Source: a virus
Taxonomy: Duplodnaviria > Caudoviricetes
DNA length: 26,598 bases
Strand: one strand, 5' to 3'
IMG/VR virus record: IMGVR_UViG_3300035135_001960
Coordinates: 1 to 26,598 of that record
A model generated the notes under the pieces. The model saw only the letters and a program-made list of their open reading frames with translations. It was not told the origin of the DNA and made no database searches. The stretch's first letter is position 1. Each line of letters starts with the position of its first letter. The position numbers and the translations under genes are program-made. This document shows positions 9,313-17,328 of this stretch, in pieces.

Positions 9313-11181
9313 ATGGCAAATAGATTTCCTTTAGTTTTTGATGCACAGACATCAGGTACAATGAAAGAATTACCCTCAGGGGATAATTTAAACTTAGCAG
9401 GTTCTAGTATTATTGATGCTGTAAACATAACAGCTACGGGAACACTTACAGTACCTACACTAAATGTAACAACCTTAAATATCCAAGGAGCAGGAGGCGG
9501 CTCAATTGCTCCTGTTGCTATATCCAATGATTACAATGACCTTACAAATTTACCAGTGCTTTTTAGCGGAAGCTATAATGATCTTCAAGACTTACCTACA
9601 GGAGTAGACTGGGCAACTGTTACAAACGCACCTACTATTCCTACAAAATTAAGTGAGCTAGAAAATGATACAAATTTTGCTAATGAACAAAGTCTAAACA
9701 TTGCGGCAAGTCAAATTACAGGATTAGGTGCAGTAGCAGTTAGTAATTCATTTACTGACCTTGTAGACGCAAATGAAATTGTAACGCAAAGTCAACTTGT
9801 AGGAGACACACTTACTGTAGAAGTTACTAATACAGGTGATTTGGTAGGTAGTGTTTTTGGTGCAGATAGTACACTGTTAGTTGATCACCTTAATAATAAA
9901 ATACTAGCAGATTTAAGTACAAATGTAATTACAACGCCGGGCGGTGATTTAGATATTACAACAGGCGGTGTAGATTTAATTGAAAATATTAATATAGATG
10001 TAAATGGTGTAGGTAATATTACACTTGACGGAGACGAAATATTCTTAAAAGGAAGAGTGACAGCAGATAGACTTTATGGAACTTTTACAGGATTTGTTTA
10101 TTCTAATGACTCAACTCTAGTTGTAAATCCAGACACAGGTGATTTGAACGGTATTTTGAACGGTGACGTAAATGGTGATATTGATAAAAGGACACAAGGT
10201 TCTATACTAGCAGTAAAAAGTTTAGCAGGTATAGAATTTACACCTAATGGTATTTTCAACGTACCAAATGCTACAAATGTAACTTTGAATGCAACAAATG
10301 AAATGACGCTTTCTTCAACAGGAGATTTAAAACTCGAATCTTCTTCTGGTAATGTTAAGTTTGAATTAGGAACTACTGTAGATTTTGGCGGTAGTATTGT
10401 AGATTTTAATAATGCAAGTGTATCTGGATTAGATGTTCAACTTACAGGAGATCTTACAGGTAGTGTATTTGCAGACAATAGTACAATATTAGTAGATGCT
10501 GTGAGCGGCTCTATACCTGCAGAAAATTTAACTGGAGTAATGCCTGCACTTGACGCTAGTGGAATGCTGTTTGCAGGTATCAGTAATCCTGTATCAATTA
10601 CAAGTAGTTTAGCAGTTGATAATATTAACATACAAGGAAACATTATAAGTTCGACAACAGGCGATATTACACTTCAAGCAAACTCGGGTAATGTTATTGC
10701 ACAAACTATTACAACAGCAAATAATGATTCTCTTGTGTTGACAACAACTACTGGCACAAGAAGTATTACAATTAATAATTTAGGTAATATTGATGTAATT
10801 GGACAATTAACTTCTACAGAAAATAATCACATTCTAAGATATTACTATGCAGATCAAGTCAGTTTTCCTGATCCAACAACTTATCATGGTGCTATTGCAC
10901 ATAGTCATGCAGACGGTGCAATGTATTTTGCACATGGTGGTCAATGGGTAGCATTGGCAAATGAAGACGGTGTAGTGCGTTCAGGTACAACAGCTAATAT
11001 AAACATTACTGGTAATGTTGATGGTGATGTAAACGGATCTATATTTGCTGATGATAGCTCATTACTTGTAGATGCAGTAAATGGAACAATCCCAGGCTAT
11101 ATAAGCCTCGCAACTTTGAAGACAGAAGTAGCTGCAAGTGCAGATTTTGCTGATTTTCAATCACGTATAGCGGCATTATAA
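9313..11181 (+). CDS. Tail fibre-like structural protein with GDLxGSVFADDSxLLVD repeats
   Basis: 622 aa, rich in G/T/N/D. Has YNDLTNLP/SGSYNDLQDLP and PTKLSELEND fibre motifs, four GxxxGSVFxxDSxxLVD-type repeats and a His-rich module TYHGAIAHSHADGAMYFAH. Confidence 0.75.
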   Translation: MANRFPLVFDAQTSGTMKELPSGDNLNLAGSSIIDAVNITATGTLTVPTLNVTTLNIQGAGGGSIAPVAISNDYNDLTNLPVLFSGSYNDLQDLPTGVDWATVTNAPTIPTKLSELENDTNFANEQSLNIAASQITGLGAVAVSNSFTDLVDANEIVTQSQLVGDTLTVEVTNTGDLVGSVFGADSTLLVDHLNNKILADLSTNVITTPGGDLDITTGGVDLIENINIDVNGVGNITLDGDEIFLKGRVTADRLYGTFTGFVYSNDSTLVVNPDTGDLNGILNGDVNGDIDKRTQGSILAVKSLAGIEFTPNGIFNVPNATNVTLNATNEMTLSSTGDLKLESSSGNVKFELGTTVDFGGSIVDFNNASVSGLDVQLTGDLTGSVFADNSTILVDAVSGSIPAENLTGVMPALDASGMLFAGISNPVSITSSLAVDNINIQGNIISSTTGDITLQANSGNVIAQTITTANNDSLVLTTTTGTRSITINNLGNIDVIGQLTSTENNHILRYYYADQVSFPDPTTYHGAIAHSHADGAMYFAHGGQWVALANEDGVVRSGTTANINITGNVDGDVNGSIFADDSSLLVDAVNGTIPGYISLATLKTEVAASADFADFQSRIAAL

Positions 11182-11192
11182 CGGAGACATAA

Positions 11193-11891
11193 ATGGCAAT
11201 TGAATATATAAATGTAGGAACAATAGCAAACGACGGCACAGGTGACGATCTTCGTGAAGCATTTGTTAAAATTAATAATAACTTTGAAGAATTAGACCTC
11301 AAAGCGGCTGCTGACATACCAATTGAAAATGTGGGTAGCTTAGGAACAGCAGTATATGCCGGCTTAGTTGACGGAGTACATAGTTTCAAAAGATTAATAA
11401 ATGGTCAAAATATATCTATTTCTAGTAATGAAACTTCAATAACAATTGAAGGCACAGAAGCACTAGAACAACTAATAGTAGCATCAGAAAACGGAACTAT
11501 CAGCGTAAGTAACGGAGAAAGTATTACTATTGTTGGAGGTCAAGGACTTAACACAAGTACAAACGGGCAAACATTAAACATAGATTTAGCTTCGACAGGT
11601 ATTGTATCTAGTGATACAGCACCTGCATTATCTGGAACATTGTCTGCAAATAACAATGATATTGTGAGTGCAAACAATATTATTGCAAATTCTTTTAATG
11701 GAGAATTATACGGTAATGTTTGGGGCGTCGATATTAGAACTTTAGGACCATTCTTAGAAGGTTTTGACTTTGGTCAAGCAAGAGAAGTTTATTCAAATGC
11801 ACTTGAATTTATTCTAGCACAAGTAGATGTAGAATTCGGTTTTATAGACCCAGAAGCGGGAGAGGCTGTAGATTTTGGTTATATATCCTAA
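11193..11891 (+). CDS. Baseplate/tail-fibre connector-like protein (T4 gp9/gp10 N-terminal motif)
   Basis: The N-terminus INVGTIANDGTGDDLREAFVKINNNFEEL matches the gp9/gp10-type 'NDGTGDxLR..KIN.NF.EL' motif. GGAG RBS upstream. Confidence 0.75.
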   Translation: MAIEYINVGTIANDGTGDDLREAFVKINNNFEELDLKAAADIPIENVGSLGTAVYAGLVDGVHSFKRLINGQNISISSNETSITIEGTEALEQLIVASENGTISVSNGESITIVGGQGLNTSTNGQTLNIDLASTGIVSSDTAPALSGTLSANNNDIVSANNIIANSFNGELYGNVWGVDIRTLGPFLEGFDFGQAREVYSNALEFILAQVDVEFGFIDPEAGEAVDFGYIS

Positions 11892-11892
11892 G

Positions 11893-11901
11893 CGATAAAT
11901 A
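11893..11901 (+). promoter_or_regulatory. Putative late promoter (CGATAAATA)
   Basis: Intergenic, about 23 nt before ATG 11924, followed by TAGGA. Confidence 0.7.
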
Positions 11902-11923
11902 CGTTATATAGGATTTTTAATCA

Positions 11924-14755
11924 ATGCAAAGTTTATGGTCACAGCAATCTAACACATCATTAGGAACGTTTGAGGAAGAAAAAACTTTAACAATTTCATT
12001 GCCTGTTTTAAATAGAGCAAGCACTTCCTTAATAAGCGGTAACCTTCCTGGCGGACTTAGATTAGATAACAATTTAATCGTAGGTACACCATATGAAATT
12101 GCTAGAGATACTGATTATAGATTTGTAATCAGAGCAGACTATGCTAATTTAACTGAAGATAGAACTTTTACAATAAAAATATTAGGACAAGATGATCCTT
12201 TCTGGATAACTCCTGAAGGCGATCTACCTGTAGGTAATAATAATACATATTACATTTTAGACAGTAGTCCTATAGACTTTCAATTAGTTGCAGACGATGA
12301 TATAATAGAATTAGGCGGAAAACTTAATTATTATATAGCAGAAGGCGACGGGCAACTACCTCCCGGAACATCCTTAACAGAAGATGGACGTATAGTAGGT
12401 ATTGTTGATCCATTACTTGCAATAGAAAGAGGGGAAATATATGCCTCTGGGTCATATGATACATCACCATATGATTTATCGTCCGGCGGATTTGATTTTG
12501 GTGTAAGAAATTCAAACGGATTTGATAGTTTTTATTACGATACAACTGTTTGGGATTTCAGCTATTCTGAACTCCCCCCAAAAAAGTTAAACAGGTATTA
12601 TGAATTTATTGTTTCGGTTACAGATGGCAATAGTGTATCTAGACGTGTTTTTAAAATTTTTGTAGTTGGTGATGATTTCTTTAGAGCAGATAACACTGTA
12701 TTACAAGTAAGTAATGGAGTATTTACAGCAGATAATAGTAATTTAAGAACTCCTATTTGGATTACTCCTGCAGATCTAGGTATTAAACGTGCAAACAATT
12801 ATATTACAATACCTTTAGATGTTATTGACACTAACGCAGCGATAGGATTTATAAATTATAATCTTGAAACAACTAATTTCGGCACCTACAGATTAATTTC
12901 AACTGGAGAAACAATCTATAACGGACAATATGAAATAAGTGGAATACTGCCTAATTTTATAGATAGTGGTAGAGGACCTAATTCTTTTACTGGATTAGTT
13001 GCTGATCCAATACAACCTTCGGAATGGGAAGTCATAGTGCCTGAAACTGCTAGTGAGATTCCTACAGGTATGGATTTAGATACCTCTACAGGTGATATAG
13101 CAGGAAGGGTTCCCTATCAAGCTGAAGTAGTACGATCATTTTCATTTACAATAAAAGCAACTAGATTTACACCTGATCAAATAGAGGAACAGGCTTCATC
13201 ATACAAAACATTTACACTTAGAATATTAGGGGAAATTGATTCACAAACAAGTTGGATTACTGAAAGTAATCTAGGCACTCTTGCTTCAAATGCGTTAAGT
13301 GTACTAAGGGTAGAAGCAACAACAAATGTACCAGGAGCAAATGTTCTATACAGCCTTAGCAAAGGAAGATTACCACCAGGATTAGAATTAAATTTTGATG
13401 GCGAAATTGTAGGAACAGTTAGTGCATTCGGCGAAGGTATATATAAAAGCATTTGGAAAACAGGTAGATCATATAAAGTAAACGATATTGTAAGATACAA
13501 TAATTTTTATTACAAAGCAGTAAGCGATCATACAAGTTCGAATATTTTTACAAATGATACAGCCCTTTGGGTAGAATTTCAATTTACTCAAACTGGACTT
13601 ACAGTATTTGATAAAGACACCTTTTTATTAGATGCGGCAGAAACAAGCATCGACAGAGAATATAAATTTACTGTTGCGGCAGAAGACCAGTACAAATACA
13701 GCATTGTTAAACGAGAGTTTGTACTTAAAGTATTAGATCCAGAAATAACAAAATATAGTAATTTGCACCTAAAGCCATTAATAAAGCAAGATGTGAAACA
13801 AAATTTTGTTAACTTTTTATCCGATCCTGAAGTCTTTATTCCTGAAACAATATATAGACCTGGTGATCCTAATTTTGGCATTCAAAAAGATTTAAAAATA
13901 CCTTTGTACTACGGTATTGAAACAAAAGAATTGAATGAATTTATCGCGGCAATGTCAAAGAACCATAAGAAGAAAAAATATATTGTAGGAGATTTAAAAA
14001 CAGCAGTAGCAAAAACTCCTGGCACTAATGATGTGATATACGAAGTTGTATATTTAGATATCAAAGACCCTGCCAGACCTGATAACGGAAGGACAAAAAA
14101 ATCTTTTCGATTTATAACTGAAAATAAAGTAACAACTGATATTGTTTCTTTTAATCCTAAAAATCAATTTTATGACTATGAAACATTACCATCGTTTGTG
14201 ATCGCGACAAGAAACAAAGGTATACAAAATGTAACACTTGGTGAAAGTTTCACAATAGAAACAAGAGGAGAAGGCATAGTAGATATAAATTGGATAAGCG
14301 GATTAGAAGTAGACGGCAGAACTGAAGATAACTTAATAAAAATTATCCAAGGTTTAGCAAATATTAATCAGTATAGGCCACAATACGCAAATGTTGTAAG
14401 TGCGGATAGTGATGCAATAAAGGTTTCCGGTTCAAATGACAATATTAGGTATATTAGTAATATAGATAACATGAGAGATAATATTAGATCTATGGGTCTA
14501 ACTAATAGAAGTTTTGTTCCTTTATGGATGCGTACCACACAAGCTGACAGCGTCAACGAATTAGGATATACACCTAGCATCGTTTTGTGTTATTGTAAGC
14601 CTGGCACAAGTGCAAGAGTAAAAGCTGCGATTGATGCAAGTGGATACGATTTTTCTAACTTTAATTTAGAAATTGATAGATACACTATTGATAGTTCTAC
14701 GAATACAAGCGATACACAATACTTATTGTTCGCAAATTACAGATACAACATATAA
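11924..14755 (+). CDS. Virion/baseplate protein with putative Ig-like (He_PIG-type) repeats and a CBM5/12-like module
   Basis: 943 aa with repeated 'GxLPxGLxL..G.I.G' units (SGNLPGGLRL, GQLPPGTSLTEDGRIVG, IPTGMDLDTSTGDIAG, GRLPPGLELNFDGEIVG). WKTGRSYKVNDIVRYNNFYYKA resembles a CBM5/12 module. Confidence 0.7.
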   Translation: MQSLWSQQSNTSLGTFEEEKTLTISLPVLNRASTSLISGNLPGGLRLDNNLIVGTPYEIARDTDYRFVIRADYANLTEDRTFTIKILGQDDPFWITPEGDLPVGNNNTYYILDSSPIDFQLVADDDIIELGGKLNYYIAEGDGQLPPGTSLTEDGRIVGIVDPLLAIERGEIYASGSYDTSPYDLSSGGFDFGVRNSNGFDSFYYDTTVWDFSYSELPPKKLNRYYEFIVSVTDGNSVSRRVFKIFVVGDDFFRADNTVLQVSNGVFTADNSNLRTPIWITPADLGIKRANNYITIPLDVIDTNAAIGFINYNLETTNFGTYRLISTGETIYNGQYEISGILPNFIDSGRGPNSFTGLVADPIQPSEWEVIVPETASEIPTGMDLDTSTGDIAGRVPYQAEVVRSFSFTIKATRFTPDQIEEQASSYKTFTLRILGEIDSQTSWITESNLGTLASNALSVLRVEATTNVPGANVLYSLSKGRLPPGLELNFDGEIVGTVSAFGEGIYKSIWKTGRSYKVNDIVRYNNFYYKAVSDHTSSNIFTNDTALWVEFQFTQTGLTVFDKDTFLLDAAETSIDREYKFTVAAEDQYKYSIVKREFVLKVLDPEITKYSNLHLKPLIKQDVKQNFVNFLSDPEVFIPETIYRPGDPNFGIQKDLKIPLYYGIETKELNEFIAAMSKNHKKKKYIVGDLKTAVAKTPGTNDVIYEVVYLDIKDPARPDNGRTKKSFRFITENKVTTDIVSFNPKNQFYDYETLPSFVIATRNKGIQNVTLGESFTIETRGEGIVDINWISGLEVDGRTEDNLIKIIQGLANINQYRPQYANVVSADSDAIKVSGSNDNIRYISNIDNMRDNIRSMGLTNRSFVPLWMRTTQADSVNELGYTPSIVLCYCKPGTSARVKAAIDASGYDFSNFNLEIDRYTIDSSTNTSDTQYLLFANYRYNI

Positions 14756-14759
14756 TAAA

Positions 14760-14767
14760 GATAAATA
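14760..14767 (+). promoter_or_regulatory. Putative late promoter (GATAAATA)
   Basis: Intergenic, about 19 nt before ATG 14786, followed by an AGGAG RBS. Confidence 0.65.
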
Positions 14768-14785
14768 TGTTTAGGAGATATAAAA

Positions 14786-15358
14786 ATGGCAAATAGCACA
14801 GTACAATATGAAAATTTAGACGAAGAATTTCCTATAGCCGGACAGGATAATGATTCCCAGGGTTTTAGAGATAATTTTTCAATAACAAAAACAGCATTAC
14901 AAAATGCAGCATTAGAGTTAACAGATCTGCTTACAAATGGTGCTCGTAAAGATGTAGATAACAACTTTAACAACATTCTAATTTCCAATGCTAAAACAAA
15001 TCAAATATCTCAAACTGTGTACAATACAGGAAATTTAGAAGTTGACAGCAACATCGAATGGACAGATGGAGCGTATCAAAATATTACAGTTGGTATTGAT
15101 CCTATAACACTAATTTTAGGTGCTTGGCCCGAAAACGGTACTTACGGAAAAATTCGAATGGCATTAAGAAGTAATGTAAATATTCAAAGAGACATAACGT
15201 TGCTTGCGGCAAACACAGGAATTATTAGAACAAGTCCAAACTGGCCAGCAACCTTAAGAGTAACTTCATCAAGTACACCTGTATTTGTAGATGCTTGGAC
15301 GTCTGATGGTGGGTCAACAGTCTTTTTAGAATATTTAGGTGAATACAGTACAGTATAA
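14786..15358 (+). CDS. Hypothetical phage structural protein
   Basis: 190 aa with a strong AGGAG RBS. An N-terminal FPIAGQDNDSQGFRDNF and a helical segment precede a beta-rich C-domain. It follows a late-promoter motif. Confidence 0.65.
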   Translation: MANSTVQYENLDEEFPIAGQDNDSQGFRDNFSITKTALQNAALELTDLLTNGARKDVDNNFNNILISNAKTNQISQTVYNTGNLEVDSNIEWTDGAYQNITVGIDPITLILGAWPENGTYGKIRMALRSNVNIQRDITLLAANTGIIRTSPNWPATLRVTSSSTPVFVDAWTSDGGSTVFLEYLGEYSTV

Positions 15359-15361
15359 CAA

Positions 15362-15595
15362 ATGTTCAACCCATTAGTAGATAGCTTTGATGATTTAACA
15401 GACTCTGAAGTTGATGACAAAATACAAGAGTTATCACGTAAATATTGGCAAACTAAAAATCCTTCTTTACAACAACAAATTTCAACAGTTTTAGAAATGT
15501 TTAAAGCAGAAGCGGCCACCCGTAGAGCAAAGCAACTGCAAAAAAGTCAAACTGATAGTGAATCAGGACTTGACAATCTAATAAATGTATCGTAA
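15362..15595 (+). CDS. Hypothetical protein (77 aa, helical/coiled)
   Basis: Fills the gap exactly between neighbouring genes on the same strand. No recognisable motif. Confidence 0.65.
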   Translation: MFNPLVDSFDDLTDSEVDDKIQELSRKYWQTKNPSLQQQISTVLEMFKAEAATRRAKQLQKSQTDSESGLDNLINVS

Positions 15596-15598
15596 AAT
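15570..15598 (+). promoter_or_regulatory. Sigma70-type promoter TTGACA-N17-TAAAAT
   Basis: TTGACA at 15570-15575, a 17-nt spacer and TAAAAT at 15593-15598, lying 6 nt before ATG 15605. Confidence 0.8.
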
Positions 15599-15604
15599 AC
15601 ATAT

Positions 15605-16162
15605 ATGCTTATGAAAACAGACGAACTAGGTATACCGAGATTCTCTAATCGCGATTTAATCGATATGATCTATTCAGGTCATGCTGATAAAGTCCATGTG
15701 GTGTTATGTGATTCTAGTGATGATGTAGATAAATTTAATACAGCAATGGAAGAGCAAGGTATGAATCCATTGCAAAAATATATTCCATTAGATGTAGACC
15801 AAAAGACGTTTGACGGTGTGTGTCAAAGTGAATGGTTTATGCCAGATGAATACAAAGCACTTGCTATAGGAGAATGGCTATTCGCAAAAGTGATTGAAGA
15901 AAAACAAAACTTTGGAGTTGATTTTATATATAACTCTCCAGAATGGATGCGAGTAGAAGAAGAACTAGAAGCGTTTAAAGAACGTGGTATGTTTGACCTA
16001 TTACGCTATATGATTTATCTAGTGGACTTTATGCGTGAGAACAACATCGTATGGGGTGTAGGACGTGGATCTAGTGTTGCTAGTTATGTGTTATATTTGA
16101 TCGGTGTACATCGTATAAATTCAATCCAATATGGCCTGGACTGGCGAGAGTTCCTGAGATAA
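15605..16162 (+). CDS. dnaE: DNA polymerase III alpha (DnaE)-like fragment: N-terminal palm portion only
   Basis: RVEEELEAFKERGMFDLLRYMIYLVDFMRENNIVWGVGRGSSVASYVLYLIGVHRINSIQYGLDWREFLR aligns by eye with the DnaE segment RLxxELxVIxxMGFxxYFLIVxDFIxWAKxNGIxVGPGRGSxAGSLVAYxLxITxIDPLxYxLLFERFL. It ends before PDxDxD. Confidence 0.85.
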   Translation: MLMKTDELGIPRFSNRDLIDMIYSGHADKVHVVLCDSSDDVDKFNTAMEEQGMNPLQKYIPLDVDQKTFDGVCQSEWFMPDEYKALAIGEWLFAKVIEEKQNFGVDFIYNSPEWMRVEEELEAFKERGMFDLLRYMIYLVDFMRENNIVWGVGRGSSVASYVLYLIGVHRINSIQYGLDWREFLR

Positions 16163-16165
16163 GTA
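16158..16165 (+). promoter_or_regulatory. Putative late promoter variant (GATAAGTA)
   Basis: One mismatch to GATAAATA, at the same spacing (about 22 nt) before ATG 16187, with an AGGAGG RBS. Confidence 0.5.
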
Positions 16166-16186
16166 AGCATACAATAGGAGGTTTTT

Positions 16187-16564
16187 ATGGTACAAAAACA
16201 AACTGGACAAAAAGTCTATAGAACAATGCAAGGCAAATCTGTTAATATGGATATGTTACGCAAAAGAAATGAGCTAACACCAGCAGTTGGTAATGTTTCT
16301 GTAAACGCAAGAGGCGACGAACTAGGACCTGGCGGACAAATTATTCGTAAACGTGAAGAAATTGTTAAAGAATATTATGATAACAGCAATGGTGTAAAAA
16401 CACAAAAAGCAGTTCGTAGAGATGAATTTCAACCACCTGTAGAAGCAGTTGAAAAAGATCTTACAGACGATTTCGTTGATCCTGATTTAGATACAAGTAA
16501 TTGGGTAGAAGACGAAGAAGGAAATTTTGTAAAAAAAGAAACTACAACTAAAAAGGGTAAGTAA
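16187..16564 (+). CDS. Hypothetical phage protein with acidic C-terminal tail
   Basis: 125 aa with an AGGAGG RBS and a PAVGNVSVNARGDELGPGGQII core. Its TAA overlaps the next ATG. Confidence 0.75.
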   Translation: MVQKQTGQKVYRTMQGKSVNMDMLRKRNELTPAVGNVSVNARGDELGPGGQIIRKREEIVKEYYDNSNGVKTQKAVRRDEFQPPVEAVEKDLTDDFVDPDLDTSNWVEDEEGNFVKKETTTKKGK

Positions 16565-16962
16565 TGGCTATTAACCTTAATGCAATTAAAGGAACACCAA
16601 GAGCAGTAGGAAATAGAGTTCTTGTAACTGATATGCACTTTGGTGAACAAACTACAAAAGGCGGCATTATTCTCACAGATGATAATGCTACAACAAGAGG
16701 AATATATCCTCGTTGGGGTAGAGTTTATTCAAAAGGTCCCCTTAATAAAGACCCATATGAAGTAGGAGATTGGATATTAATTGAACATGGCCGTTGGACA
16801 CGGGCTATGAATATTGACACTCCTGAACAAGAAGGTTTAATTGTACGTATGGTAGAATCTGAAGCAGTTCTTGCTTCTTCAAAAGAAAAGCCAAACGATG
16901 CACAAATCGGCGCAGAATATAGTGACGGTCAAGGTGCATGGGTTGGCGATGTAGCATCTTAA
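16564..16962 (+). CDS. groES: GroES/Cpn10-like co-chaperonin
   Basis: PRAVGNRVLV...EQTTKGGIIL (mobile loop)...GRVYSKGP...YEVGDWILI matches the Cpn10 pattern PLxDRVLV..E.KT.GGIIL..G.VVAVG...VKVGD.V. Confidence 0.8.
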   Translation: MAINLNAIKGTPRAVGNRVLVTDMHFGEQTTKGGIILTDDNATTRGIYPRWGRVYSKGPLNKDPYEVGDWILIEHGRWTRAMNIDTPEQEGLIVRMVESEAVLASSKEKPNDAQIGAEYSDGQGAWVGDVAS

Positions 16963-16974
16963 AGGTAAAAAATT

Positions 16975-17328
16975 ATGACTAACCCGTTTGCAGATATTGA
17001 ACGTTTCGGTTCGGCTTGTGATCAACCGCCGAGCGAAGAAAACTATAAAATGTATCTTAGCCTAATTGATGAAGAAGTAGGCGAACTTAATGATGCTGTA
17101 AATTCAAATGATAAATTAGAACAACTTGATGCACTTGTTGATATTCTTGTTGTTACAATGGGTGCTATACGTGCCGCAGGTTGGGACGGACAAGGTGCCT
17201 GGAAAGAAGTAATGGATACAAACTTTGCAAAGATTGATCCAGACACTGGTAAAGTCCGTAAGCGTGAAGATGGCAAGGTTTTGAAGCCAGAAGGATGGAA
17301 AGCGCCACAACTTGAGAAGTTTTTATAA
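16975..17328 (+). CDS. MazG-like all-alpha NTP pyrophosphohydrolase (probable dUTPase-type)
   Basis: LIDEEVGEL...EQLDALVDILVV gives the EExxE...ExxD metal motif. The C-terminus is NFAK...KREDGKVLKPEGWKAP. Confidence 0.8.
   Translation: MTNPFADIERFGSACDQPPSEENYKMYLSLIDEEVGELNDAVNSNDKLEQLDALVDILVVTMGAIRAAGWDGQGAWKEVMDTNFAKIDPDTGKVRKREDGKVLKPEGWKAPQLEKFL

Noticed and set aside
12573-12603. Slippery CCCCCCAAAAAAG (in-frame A AAA AAG) as a programmed -1 frameshift
   Set aside because: The -1 frame stops after about 5 codons, no clear stimulatory hairpin was seen, and Pro-Pro-Lys-Lys codons explain the run in an AT-rich genome.
1209-15519. Numerous minus-strand and alternate-frame ORFs (60-171 aa) inside the structural genes
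   Set aside because: These are shadow ORFs from codon bias of the long plus-strand genes, with no RBS or recognisable motifs.
16140-16230. Frameshift, readthrough, intron or split intein continuing the DnaE fragment
   Set aside because: None of the three frames after ...EFLR gives a PDxDxD motif and all close quickly. There is no Cys/Ser-initiated intein N-block, and the following sequence is a promoter-like motif, an RBS and an unrelated ORF.
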